Origin: Salpingoeca rosetta
Taxonomy: Eukaryota; Protista; Choanoflagellata
DNA: 64,000 nt
Assembly (NCBI GenBank): GCA_033442325.1
Contig: JAWQFM010000005.1
Span: 549,327 to 613,326, forward strand
Direction: 5' to 3'
Shown here piece by piece: positions 46,780 to 62,761 of the stretch (position 1 is its first letter; every line of letters begins with the position of its first letter). The notes beneath the pieces are model-generated. The model saw nothing but the letters and a program-made list of their open reading frames with translations, had not been told where the DNA came from and made no database searches. The position numbers and the translations under genes are program-made.

Positions 46780-47625
46780 TCCAATGAATACTCTTCCTGT
46801 GTGTGTCGAACGCAAGCCTTGGAAAGCTCATTCAAACGTTGTCGTGGCTTCCCATCAAATCACACGCTTGGCACAGACTGTCCAAGCATTCTGAACGCAC
46901 GAGCATGACGCTTGAAAACCTTGCTGTCTGCTTTGGCCCGAGCATCATGTGGCCGCGCCAGCAGTCCATTTCGGCCATTGCTGTCAGCAACAAGGTGTGT
47001 GTGTATGTGTATGTGTGCGTGTGTGTGCGGGTATGTATGCATGTGAGTGTGTATGTATGTGTGTGAGTGAATGAATGTGTGTGTGTGCGTGTGTTGTTTA
47101 CGTGTGCCCGCGTGAACGTCGTGTGTCTTGAGCTGTGCTGTGCATTGTGCGCGTTTCATGCCTGCCCTTCAACTTTCGCTCACGACTGTGTTGTGTCGCC
47201 CACTCTCCGTTTTTTTTTCCGCCCTGACATCGCAGGTCGCCGAGTATCTCATCCGCATGCCAAGCAAGAAGTGGGACGCCACCCAGCAGGAGGTAAGCCA
47301 ATCGTACATGTGTGTGCGTGCATGTGATTGGATGGATGGATGGACAACCCCAGATTCCAGCAATGCAAGTGGTTTGTATCACTGGCGTTGCTTTCATCCG
47401 TGTCTGTGTTTCTGCTCACATGCGCCACCCCGTTTTCCTTGTGCTGTTCTTCTCGTACAGTTCCTGCAACGCTCCAACCTGATCACAGACGTGAGTGTGG
47501 ATGGGAAGAAACTGAAGAAGCAGCAGCAGGCGTCCATGAAGAAGAGGAAGAAGGAGGCGAAGAAGAACGTCAGGAACCCAGCCGGCAGCCTGCGCAGTCG
47601 CGGCTCAAGCATCAAGATGCTCTGA
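42541..47625 (+). CDS. Coiled-coil, C1 and RhoGAP protein (RacGAP1/CYK-4-like architecture), multi-exon
   Basis: N-terminal coiled coil; C1 H..TFTCRHC..RCWQC..HDRC; [16 protein letters not shown] arginine finger, [30 protein letters not shown]. Confidence 0.9.
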
Positions 47626-47892
47626 TCAAACCTTGCGCACACACACGCACGCACAATGCTGGTTGTGGACTTCCTTGCGGACTGCCTCTACTGTTCTCTT
47701 GCCTTATGTTATTGTTGATATGTTGAGGTGTGCGTGGAGGAGAGTGGGAGAGGGGACAGACAGCCAGTGAGCCTGCTATAGACGCGCACAAAGAGCAGGC
47801 AAAAGGCCAAAGCCATCACATCACGTGCGTGTCACCATCATCCATCATCATCATGAATCAACAACAACACACAACACAAACAACCCGAAACG

Positions 47893-48257
47893 ATGAGTGA
47901 ACAGCAGCACAACAACGTGCAGCGAGGCAGCAGTGGTGGTGATGGTGATGGTGGTGGACGCAGGGTGGGGAGAAGTGGTGGTGGTGGTGGTGGTGGCGGC
48001 AGTCAGGATCGTGACTTGGTGGTGGTGACGCTGAGCGACCATGACGATGGCAGTGGATGGGAGTCGACGACAGATGACAGCGACCTGCAGCCGCAGCGCA
48101 GCGCACCCGCAGAGATCAACTTCATGCCACCAACCACTGGCAACAGCAATGGCGAAGGCGATGATGACGGCGACGGCGGTGGCGGTAGCCGCGGAGGCGC
48201 CAGCCACAAGCACACCAACAACACAGCTGACGTCTTCAAAGATGCACGCGAGGAGGC

Positions 48258-48305
<48 letters not shown>

Positions 48306-49963
48306 GCAGGGATCACAGAAGCACACGCGAAGGGGTCGGCGCCGTGGCCACTCCGATCGGCAGCGATTACGGCCACAGGCGCGGCCGCAGGGCAGGCGGC
48401 GGATCGAGACCATGCGCAGCCGGGCGCTGCGCGAGCTGCACTCCATGCACCGAGACAAGGGCAGCAGCGGGGAAGAAGACAGTGAAAGTCATCACCACCA
48501 ACAACACCAGAGCAACAGCCCCAGCCGTGATGGTCCCGCAAGCCACGGCCGCAGGCTCGTCCACAGCAGCTCCACGCCGTCTGGCAACGAGGACCCACAC
48601 CGCCAAGCCCCGCACGCTGGTAGCGGTGGGGACGGTGGAACCGGGCGCCCTCGAGCCAACAGCTACACCAGCGCTGTGCATGGCGACGGCGACGCTTCTG
48701 GCACGAGTGAAGGAGACATCCGCATGGACACAAGCATCTCCGCGGAACACCTGACCATCCCAAGCCAGCGCCAGCGCGGTCGCAGGCGGTACCTGAGCCG
48801 CGACGATGCACTGGCTGCATCACAGGACGAACGCGGACGCAGCCGAAGCCGAAGCCGAAGCCGGCGCAGCAGCTCGGGCAGCCAGCGCCTTCCTCCGCGC
48901 AGCCCAGCCACGCGCCGGTCGCAGCTGCTGCGTGCAGCCGGAAACCAGCCAGACTTCAGCCGGCAGAACCTGCACCGCCTCTTCCGCATCTTCGACGCCG
49001 ACAACGACGGCTGCCTGAAGCACTCGGAGTTCAAGTCGGGCCTGCTGGCCATGGGCCTGAAGGAGGCGCGTGACAACATGGCCGTTGGGCGGCTGATCGA
49101 GGCCATTGACGTGGAGGGCGATGGCACCATCCACGAAGACGAGTTCATCACCTTCTTCAGGCAAATCAAGATGGATCAGCTGCAGGACCACCTCACGGAG
49201 TGGCAGGCCGCCATGCCAAGCTCGGTTGAGGTCGTCTCATATAACCCCTACGACAACACGTCCTCGACCACAGACATCCCCGGCAACGGCATCCTTGAGT
49301 GGCTGAAGAGCAGAGACAAGCGCAAGGGGCCACACGCCTTCCAGCGCGACTGGGTCATCATCAAGGGATACAACGATACCATCACGCAGGTGCTTGGCCT
49401 GTACCTGCACATTCACGAGGAGACATACCAAGATGTCGTCACCTTTCAGCGTGACAAGATTGAGATTCTCGAAGCCGAGAACCATGAGGGCTGCATCGCT
49501 CAGGTGCGTGTTTGTGTGATTGTTTGTCCACCTGTCTGTGTCTGTGTCTGTGTCTGTGTCTGTGTCTGTCTTTGTCTGTGTCTGTCTGTCTGTGTGTATG
49601 TTGAAGTCTGATCATGGCTGCTTCCTGTATGTCTGTCCTCTAACCGCCTTCTCTCATATGGACCAACTCACACTACCCTTGCTCCTCCTCACAGATGCTG
49701 ATGAGTGTGTACACACTTGACAACTCGCCCTTTCTCCATGGCCATTCCAAGTACGACCCGGGCCTCAGCCTTCGCCGCGACTACCGACCGGTATAAACAC
49801 TCACTCACACACACACACACACACACACTCACTCACTCACTCACTCACTCACTCACTCACTCACTCACTCACTCACTCACTCACTCACTCACTCACTCAC
49901 TCACTCACTCACTCACTCACTCACTCACTCACTCACTCACTCACTCACTCAATCAATCACTCT

Positions 49964-50048
<85 letters not shown>

Positions 50049-50394
50049 TCTCTCTCTCTCTCACTTACTCACTAACTTATTCACACACACTCACACTCAC
50101 TGTCGCTCTCTCTCACCCCTACTTGCATGGCTGCCTGTCTCAACTGCTCACTGATCACCCATGCGGTGTGCTTGTGCGTGTGCGTGTGCACGTGCGCCGT
50201 GAGCAGGATGCGGCACGTCACACGCGGTCAAACACACATTCTGACAGCCAATCCGGACTGGCTGCCTTCTTCACAAAGAAGTCAGTCATGCCACAAGCAT
50301 ATTGGCCAGCGTGCTTCCTTGCCTTGGACCTGTCCACGCTCTAAACCGCCTATCCTTGCCCGTGTACACACACTTTCACGCATCCACGCCATTT

Positions 50395-50426
<32 letters not shown>

Positions 50427-50805
50427 TGCTGGCTCACGCACCGTTCTTCGTTTGCTTGTCTCCACCCGCGTGTGTCTGCCTGCCCTGTTCACATTGCATG
50501 CACAGCTTCTGGCCCGGTGAGTCACCTCTCGTTAGCAAGCGTCACCTGAGTGAATTCCCGCCTCTCATCAGCTCGCACCCGCTCAGTAACATTATCGTCA
50601 GCGACACCCTCCTCATCACCATTGTTCGGTGGGTGTGCTCCATGATCTTGTGCGGCTGTGCCCGTCTCTTTACATCGCTTTGTCGGCGCCTCTCAGTACC
50701 GCGTGTGAGCGCATCACCTTCACACCACACCTGCTATGCAGCCAGCGCATGAAGACCCGTAAACCCGATGTCCTTCGCCGGCCACAACCATATCTTCTCA
50801 CGGCT

Positions 50806-50861
<56 letters not shown>

Positions 50862-51654
50862 CTGTCCGTCTGTGTCTGTGTGCATGTGTTCAGTGATCCT
50901 GAAAGCGAGGAGCTGGACGAGAATGAGCCACCGGTGCCAAATCCTGTCTATGACGTCTTGGCAGAGGTCCGCGGTCAGATTTTGCAACACTTCTCAGGTC
51001 AGCGCGCTTCCTTCGTCCGTCTGTCTGTCTGTCTGTGCCTGTGTATGTGTATCCGTTGGCCACACTTGTTGCACGCTCCCTACCAACCTCGTTGCCGCTG
51101 TCTTTACCTGCTTGTTGCTGAGTGACCATCGTATCATCGCACACACGTTTCGCTTTGTCAACTGTGTGGAGTGCAGATGTGTTGACTGGCAATGCAAAGT
51201 ATCTCAGCTATCTCATTCTGGAAGCCGTCACAGAGGAGAACTATAACCTCCGCGATGCCCTCAAGGTGAAGCACACCTTGTACATACCTCGCCTCGATTC
51301 AGCTCACATATCGTGTGCTGTCATTCGTGCTTCGCACACTTGAATGCATGTGTGCACGCGTTGCGTACTGCTGCGCTTGTTTGGTGCAACTTTAGAGCTG
51401 ATAATAGGCCATTTGGCTGTGCTTCTTGCCTATTCCTCACTCTTCACTGCAGACATGGCTCGGTGTCATCGATGATGGCATCTCTGACAGACCGCAATCC
51501 ATCTATCGCGCCCACCTGTGTACGTCGCACCGCTGCATTTGCATGTCTGTCACTCTGCCTGTGGCTTTGCCGATGTCTTGCACTTTTGTATGGACGTGTG
51601 TGTGTGCGTGTGTGTTTGAGAGGCACACAGACAGACAGACACACACACACACAC

Positions 51655-51709
<55 letters not shown>

Positions 51710-52907
51710 GGGAGAGAGCGTCAGTTTGCCGTGTGTGTTTGTTAGTGTTAATTTGCCATGTTGGCAACTCATTCCACGCCTGTGCGTGGGGCTTGCGCGA
51801 CATTTACCTGTGCAGTCGATTTTGCCAAGATTGCCACCGCCTACACCCGCGAGATGTCTGCTCTGAAAGAAGTGCTGACGCAAAACCTGTGGGACAATGA
51901 CGACGCCCAGCTCACCCAATATTTTAGCGAACAGGTGAGTGCTGTGCAGGGTGTGGCGAAGCACTGCAATGCTCTCTAATGCTCGTCGCAACACTCAACT
52001 GACTCTTTGCACACGCACAACGTCCACAATCGCTCACACACACATGCACACACACAAACACGCTTGCGACAGGCGGTGTATTTTCGGGATTTGAGCGATC
52101 AACTTGGTTCGATCGTGAGCGAGTTGGAGGAGATGCAAGAAGTCATTCAAAATCTGTTTCAAGTCTATCGTGTAAGCGTTCACCTCCGCCACTCATGTTG
52201 CCGTGTATTGGCTGCCGTGGTGGTGTTTGACCTGCCACAACGAGCGGCTCATTGCCCCCACACTCTACGTCACGCTTTGTCCAAGCGGCACAACTGTTTG
52301 CCCCGTGCCATATGTTCTCACATCCTCGCACGCTCTCCCTTGACAGAGCTACCAAGATGAGAAGATGAACAGCTTCCTCCTTCTCCTCACCATCGTCACC
52401 GCCGTCTTCATTCCGGCACAATTCCTCACGGGCCTGTGGGGCATGAACTTTGATGAGGTCTGTGCATGTGCCGCCATGACAGCGTGTATGAGCGCATGCG
52501 TTGGTTTCTTCGTATGCACGTGTGGATTCATGGTGTGCTGCTTCCCCACTGCTGTGTTTGTGGCTGTGTCTGTGTCTGTGTCTGTGCCTGTGTCCGTGTG
52601 TGCCTGTGTCCCTGTGTGCCTGTGTCCCTGTGTGGCTTGTTGTTTATGTGTGTGACCTGCCTTTACGCCATGCCATCCCCCACTTGGTGTAACTTGTGCT
52701 CGTCCCTTCCAGTTTGACTCGTTCTGTCTGTGATTTGACGCGCGCCCTCACCCGGTCCCTCTTCCTCTTGCTTGTGTGCATCCACAACCTCAGATGCCTG
52801 AGCTGCACTGGAAATATGGCTACCTGATGTTCTGGATGCTGGTTCTTGTCCTGACAACCATCGTTCTTCTCTGGTTCAGAATCAAAGGCCTCTGGCTGCT
52901 TGATTAG
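47893..52907 (+). CDS. CorA-family Mg2+ transporter with an N-terminal disordered region and an EF-hand pair, multi-exon
   Basis: EF loops DADNDGCLKHSE (48994-49029) and DVEGDGTIHEDE (49108-49143); MN..[34 protein letters not shown]; stop TAG 52905-52907. Confidence 0.88.
49826..49950 (+). repeat. (CACT)n tetranucleotide microsatellite in a CorA intron
   Basis: Directly visible; a similar tract lies at ~41860-41955. Confidence 0.95.
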
Positions 52908-53545
52908 TTGCCCATGTAAACGCATGTCCGGGGGGGTGTGTAGATGTGGATGTTTGCACCCCTGTGTCAATCTGGCTGCCTCTCCGCGTGTCTGTCTGCC
53001 TATCTGTCTTTTCTGTCTTTCCGTCTGTCAGTGTCAATGGGTGTCTAGCTGTCTCGTGAATGACCCATACCCATCATGATTGCAGGTTCTTTCTTATGTG
53101 CATGTGTGTGCTGGTGTACAAAGCACGGTTGGTTGTACATGGTGCGATGCTTGCCGTGGTCTTTGTGTGGATTTGGCGCTGTTCATTACACTTGCCTCAA
53201 CGAAACCACTCACTCTCCTTTTAATTCACAAGCAATACATCTCCTTTAGGCATCACATCACATCTTTGGAATTAGGCCAAACAGACACAATTATGCACAG
53301 TACCCCACGTGCACACAGAACGACCATGCACACTCGCTCGCCCACGTGTACACACACACACACACATACACACACACGCACACACACACACACTCTCTCT
53401 CTCTCTCTCTCTCTCAACTCTGACGTTGTCACTCGCATCACACCCAACACCAACAACAACGACAACAACAACAACCACTAACAACAACAACAACAACAAC
53501 TATGCACACACACACACGCACACACTGCATCATCTCTCAACCACA

Positions 53546-56236
53546 TCAAGCATTGCCGGTCGCAGGCTGGTTCACTGCACGCAACTGCTCTTTCACCAGC
53601 TCCACCAACTCTCGCAGCTTCTCGAACGAGGTGCCGTAAGGACAGTAGCTGATCCCCGATTGTTTGATCATGTCATGCGAACGCTCGAGCGTGGCCACGG
53701 CCGAGAGTTTTGGGTGTCTGCGCGAGACATCACACAACACCGCAGCAACAGGCTGTATGCCCACTCTACCCAAGACGAGGAGGGACAAGCTGACACAGCC
53801 TGCGAAGATTTCGCCACCGGTGCCCATGAAGCGCCTCACAATCTTGATAAACGCCTTTATGGGGCGAGTCGCCACGAACTCCAGTGCGTTGGACTCCCCC
53901 CGACCGCCCATGTTCAGCAGACACTCCACAACCATGAGAGTGTTGCCAATCTTCTCGGTGTCATCGCGACCAAGGCTCGCGGCTCGCTCCATCAGCGCGG
54001 TCAGGGTTGTCCTTGACACAGGGACATAGTAGGTCCTGACCTTTCGGGCGTCTTCCTCCGAATCGTCGAGCAACGTGTAAAGGAAGTCAACGGCCACGTC
54101 CAAACACGCGACGCGGTCCTCCTTGAGCCTCTGCATTACATGCAGCACGTCAGCGGGGACTTCGCCAGAGGCTGGGCTTGGTACCTTTTCAAAGGAGAAC
54201 ATGCCGGAGATGTACTCGTCAATCGAGGTTACGCCGAGCTGTCGGAGCGTGGGCAGAGCCACGGACTTCGCCTTTGCATCAGTGATGATGCTGACCAGAG
54301 GCATGAGCGCCTGGTGTCCCGTCGTCAGATGAAACCAGGGATCACTGACGAGGGACAAGAGCGTCGTCAGGCCAAGGCGGGTCTCGGCAATAAGCATACG
54401 TGCGCGTGTGCCCGCTGTGCACAGCGTGGTGAGCACCTGCGTCATGTACCACGCCATGTCGCCACTGGCGCCGTCCCTGCCCCTGGCGTGGCGCCGGAGA
54501 AGTCCAAGCAGCACAGGTATGGCGTCAACCTCCAGCACACTCTCCCAAATGGCTTTGTACGGTACAAGCATTTGCAGTTGCATGGCTGCCGACACCTCCA
54601 AGTCGCCGACGTCCCCGCGCCACTGCATGGCCTGGAGAATCACGCACACCAGGAGATCCGCGTCCGCCTTTGTTGGCGGTTTGACATATACCTTGCCACA
54701 GCCACAGAAGCACATGAGCCCTGGTTGGTCGCGTTCATCTGGGGAGCGGGCACCTGAGGAAGAAGCTGCGTCTGAAGGGCGTGCGTCTGGGGTAGCTGCA
54801 TCTGAAGCGCGTGTGTCTGGGCAAGCTGCGTCTGAGGAAGATGCACCGCAGCCATCACCCACAAGCATCTGGCCGATGAGCGTAAGCCTGGCACACGTCT
54901 CCTCGCTTGGGGCGCTAGTTTCCAGCATCTGCCTGACCTTGGTGATGAGGTGCCGCATCAGATCCCAGCACATTTCAGTCGCCAACGGCACGGTGACGCA
55001 CGTCCCAGACTTTGGGTACCGTTTCAGGAAGCGCCTGGCAGCTGTAGCCAAGTCGTCGATGCAGGAAACCGCCCCGTACTGTCCCCGCCCTCGCTCCGGG
55101 AGCCTGTGTGTGAACAGCATGTTGCTGAGCGCCCGCCAGATTAGCGTCTTCTCGGGCACCGTGTACGTCATGTCTTCGATCGTCGAGATCAACCACTGCC
55201 AGTACTTGGAGGGGATGCAGAACAAGATGATCTTGCCCTGGTAGAGGAGCGTATCCTGCATCAGAAGGGTCCCAAGCAGCACAGCCCTCATCTTCTTCCT
55301 CTGCTTGGTGTCGTCCGCTTCGTCCTGCGCTTCCGCTGGCGCCTCCCAGAACTCATCCACAGCAGCCTTCACCAGCAGCCCTTGGTCAAAAGACAGGGAT
55401 TTCATGTGCTTGTCCATCCAGTTGTATATGTCGTTCCCCAGTGCCATAGCCACCTTCGTGATCACCTCCAGCGCATCCTCCGTCTTGGTGGGGTCACGGT
55501 CGGCGATCATCAGGCGATGGAGCAGCACTGTTGGGAAGGGCTCGGCCAGTGCCTTTGGCGCCACCAGCTCGTGCTGGAGTGCGAGGTGGGCGACATCGGC
55601 GACAAAGTGGACCATAGCTTGTTCGTTGAGCCGCGTCATGGCTGACCGCCCCATCAGCTGCAAGGCAAAGTCGATGTCGGTGAAGCAGGTGCGGAGCACG
55701 TGGTTGGGCACCGCCTCCGCCAAGGTGTACACAAACGCGATGGCCACAGCAAGCACCAGCGGAGAGCCAGAATGGTGAAGCATCGTCTTGAGAAGGATGT
55801 CCTGCAGATCGCAGCCTTGGACCAGGGACTCGCACTGGGCAGCAGTTGAATTCCTGACGCACACCGTCGCCGCAGTGTAGGCTGCCAACATCACGCTCAC
55901 GGAGGACTTGGCCTCGCACGCAGAAGCGGTCAGCACGCGCATCACAATGGGGCGGAAGGTGTCGACACCCCAGTCCTTGGTGACCAGGGCAGTTACGAGC
56001 ATCGCGTAGCCAGCGGGAGGCACGTCCGTGTGTGCATTTTCCACAGGCAGCGCCCTGGTGATAGTGGCGCACAAGTCGTCGGGCCCCAACGCCTTGAAGA
56101 AGGCAATGCGTTCACAGCAGCTGATCCAATGCGTGTATGTGGATTGGAATTGCTCTCGCAGGTCGTCGGTGAGGTGCCTGCCAAAGAGACTCTCCACCGT
56201 GGGCGGCGTACGGCTAGCATCGTCTTTTTCCTCCAT
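53546..56236 (-). CDS. Intronless ~896-aa hypothetical protein, predicted helical (possible ARM-like repeats)
   Basis: Uninterrupted 2.7-kb ORF of high-complexity sequence; VLEVDAIPVLLGLLRRH is ARM-like; no family recognised. Confidence 0.75.
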   Translation of the reverse strand: MEEKDDASRTPPTVESLFGRHLTDDLREQFQSTYTHWISCCERIAFFKALGPDDLCATITRALPVENAHTDVPPAGYAMLVTALVTKDWGVDTFRPIVMRVLTASACEAKSSVSVMLAAYTAATVCVRNSTAAQCESLVQGCDLQDILLKTMLHHSGSPLVLAVAIAFVYTLAEAVPNHVLRTCFTDIDFALQLMGRSAMTRLNEQAMVHFVADVAHLALQHELVAPKALAEPFPTVLLHRLMIADRDPTKTEDALEVITKVAMALGNDIYNWMDKHMKSLSFDQGLLVKAAVDEFWEAPAEAQDEADDTKQRKKMRAVLLGTLLMQDTLLYQGKIILFCIPSKYWQWLISTIEDMTYTVPEKTLIWRALSNMLFTHRLPERGRGQYGAVSCIDDLATAARRFLKRYPKSGTCVTVPLATEMCWDLMRHLITKVRQMLETSAPSEETCARLTLIGQMLVGDGCGASSSDAACPDTRASDAATPDARPSDAASSSGARSPDERDQPGLMCFCGCGKVYVKPPTKADADLLVCVILQAMQWRGDVGDLEVSAAMQLQMLVPYKAIWESVLEVDAIPVLLGLLRRHARGRDGASGDMAWYMTQVLTTLCTAGTRARMLIAETRLGLTTLLSLVSDPWFHLTTGHQALMPLVSIITDAKAKSVALPTLRQLGVTSIDEYISGMFSFEKVPSPASGEVPADVLHVMQRLKEDRVACLDVAVDFLYTLLDDSEEDARKVRTYYVPVSRTTLTALMERAASLGRDDTEKIGNTLMVVECLLNMGGRGESNALEFVATRPIKAFIKIVRRFMGTGGEIFAGCVSLSLLVLGRVGIQPVAAVLCDVSRRHPKLSAVATLERSHDMIKQSGISYCPYGTSFEKLRELVELVKEQLRAVNQPATGNA

Positions 56237-56829
56237 GGCTACAGGAGCGGCGCAGAAAGAGACGAGACTTTGGGAAGGGGCGGGCTCTGCTGGTAGTCGT
56301 GTCGAGGCAAAAGAAAGGGGGGGGGTTGTCGTTGAAGACAGAGCTGACAAAGAAGGGAGCTGAAGAGAGGAGGGGGGTGGGGTGGCAAAGGGACGTGTGT
56401 GTGTGTGCGTTTTGATCGAACGGGTGTCTGTTGTCGACAAGAAGGCACGGAGATGGGACGCTCGACAGCTCGACAGAGCAGAGAAGAGAACGCAGAGAAT
56501 AATGATGAATGAACACAGGGTAGTGTTACGGGTCATCTAATAAGTGTGCTGGCTGAGGAGCGCCAACCACACAGACCCCACACATCACGCTTAGTGAATT
56601 GGGGAGGCGCAAGAGGATGCATGTGTTGGCAACGATGGGTCGTTGCCAACACAGCCTCACAGGAAAGAAGCGCAGAAGCAAAGCCAAGAAAGCTTTCGAC
56701 AGAGTAGCGACAAATTGAGAGCAGGAAAGAACAAGACAGGGTCATCTGTCGAGAGGACATGAGCAAAAAATTTGCAGGGGGTGCACCCACTTTTTGTTAG
56801 CCCTCGTGGGGTTGTACATACGCATGTGG

Positions 56830-56908
<79 letters not shown>

Positions 56909-57230
56909 CGTGTGTGCGTGTGGGCGCGCGCCTTGATTGATCGTCACCCCACCACACCACCGCCGCCAACCACACCCCGTCGTTGTGACCCCTGTGTCGC
57001 TTGCGTGTAATGTGCGCGCATGGCATGGCTCACACCAACGCATCTGCCTTGAGCACCAGCAAACAAAAAGTTCTGTGACAGGCAACACATGTACAAGCAA
57101 GCACACAGGCCAAACACACACAACCTGAGAAACAAAGGCAAGCAATCAAACGAAAAGGGGCATGGAAAGGGATTCAGAGTGACGCAGTGGCGCTGCCGAC
57201 AATGATGGCGCATCACAGCCATGTATGCGC

Positions 57231-60954
<3,724 letters not shown>

Positions 60955-61095
60955 GGCTTGCTTTGCTTCTTCTTTTTTTGCTTTGGAGCAACAACAAACA
61001 GGTGGTTCGATTTATGCTATTCTCAAACCGATTCCATGCTCAAATAAGACCCCAACAACAGCCAAACACCAACACCAACCAAACTGAGCCGGCTG

Positions 61096-61584
61096 CTACG
61101 CAGGCGCCTGCACGTGGGTGATGGATCGCGAGTGCACAGTTCGCCTGTGCGGGTGGAAGGCGCGCCACAGCATCGGCGCCAGCAGCAGCGTCACAGAGGT
61201 GATGCTGAGCAGAAGAAAGTACACCGGCTGCAGGCGTTTGCAATCGCGCATGATGACGGCACGGTGGTTGCGGACATGAGAAGCGTGGTCGATTAAACAA
61301 TCATCGCATGCACACTGCTGTGGCGTGACATCGTGGTGCAAGAGCACCACGCGGCATGGTCTCAAAGATAAGCAAACAGCGGCAGGCATACACGTGATGG
61401 TTGTTGCTGTGGTGGAAAGGGGGAGGGGGAAGGGAGTACCTGAGAAACGATTCGTAATCGTCTTCCACGTCCGGCCAAGACGAGCGCAAACTCGCTCACC
61501 TGCACAGTGGCGGCAGCGGTGGTGATGGTTGGTGAGCCATGGGGGCATGGGTACGGTGAGCAACGGGAGCATGGGTACAACTAA

Positions 61585-61638
<54 letters not shown>

Positions 61639-62119
61639 CTGCTTGGCGGGCAGCAACTGCATGCACCTGGGCCAGGCCAACGCTGATGACGTGGTTGGTC
61701 TGCGCGTCCCCTTCCTTGACAAAGAAGTGTAGAATCTGCCACGGCACAACGCATGCGTGATTCAGTGAGGGAGTGTGTGTATGTGCGCGCGCATGTGTGT
61801 TTGTGTACATATGTGTGTGCGGGTGAAAGCGCGTCTTATCCAAACAACTCTGCAAATCCGTGCACAACGACGAAGCCGCGCACGCGCAGCGTGACTGACA
61901 ATAAACGAGGCTGCGTATTTGACGGCGAGCGTGCAGGCGACAAGCCCAACGAGCAGTAGCGCATTTGTGTACAGAAATGTGGGGTACACGTGCATGCCTG
62001 CAGGAATGGAACGTGTGGCATGCATGATGAGTTGGGGTCATGGGTGTGATCATGATCGTGAGCGAGTGAATGCACCTCTTTCTCACATACGCACGGTTGA
62101 GCGCGTTGACGATAACGCA

Positions 62120-62161
<42 letters not shown>

Positions 62162-62199
62162 GCAAACACGCACGCAAACACACACACACACACGCACGC

Positions 62200-62240
<41 letters not shown>

Positions 62241-62723
62241 GCAAACACGCACACACACACAATCTGTCTTTCTTCTGCGCTCACCAACGGAGGAGAAGAA
62301 GATGGCGAGGAAGAGGTCCTTGACGGGATCGACCAGATGCAGAATACGCGACAGGTTCGACGATACGCCGTCGTGCTGCGTTCATGTATGAGACAGAGAA
62401 AGAGAGTATGCAAGTGTGCATATATGTGCGTCAGCATATGTGCATACGTGTGCATGTGTGTTGAACGTGGTGAGAGGCAGCGTGTGCTATGCATGGAATG
62501 GCAGCCACAGTGCTCCCACAGAACATCCCAATCATCACTCTTCAGCCCACGACAGCCTGCAACACCGCACGACAATGCATGCACCCACCGCATGCTCTGC
62601 TTGAATACGGCCACCGGCAATGCTGAACATCAGGCCCGCAACGAAGCAGCCAAGCTCCATCGACACCTGAACGGGAACACCACGCGTTGTTTGGGGCTCT
62701 CGTGACACACATGGTTCGACGTC

Positions 62724-62761
<38 letters not shown>

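Noticed and set aside
36200-47625. G-alpha and RhoGAP as a functional signalling cluster
   Set aside because: Proximity alone; no shared regulatory evidence, and TMEM33 lies between them
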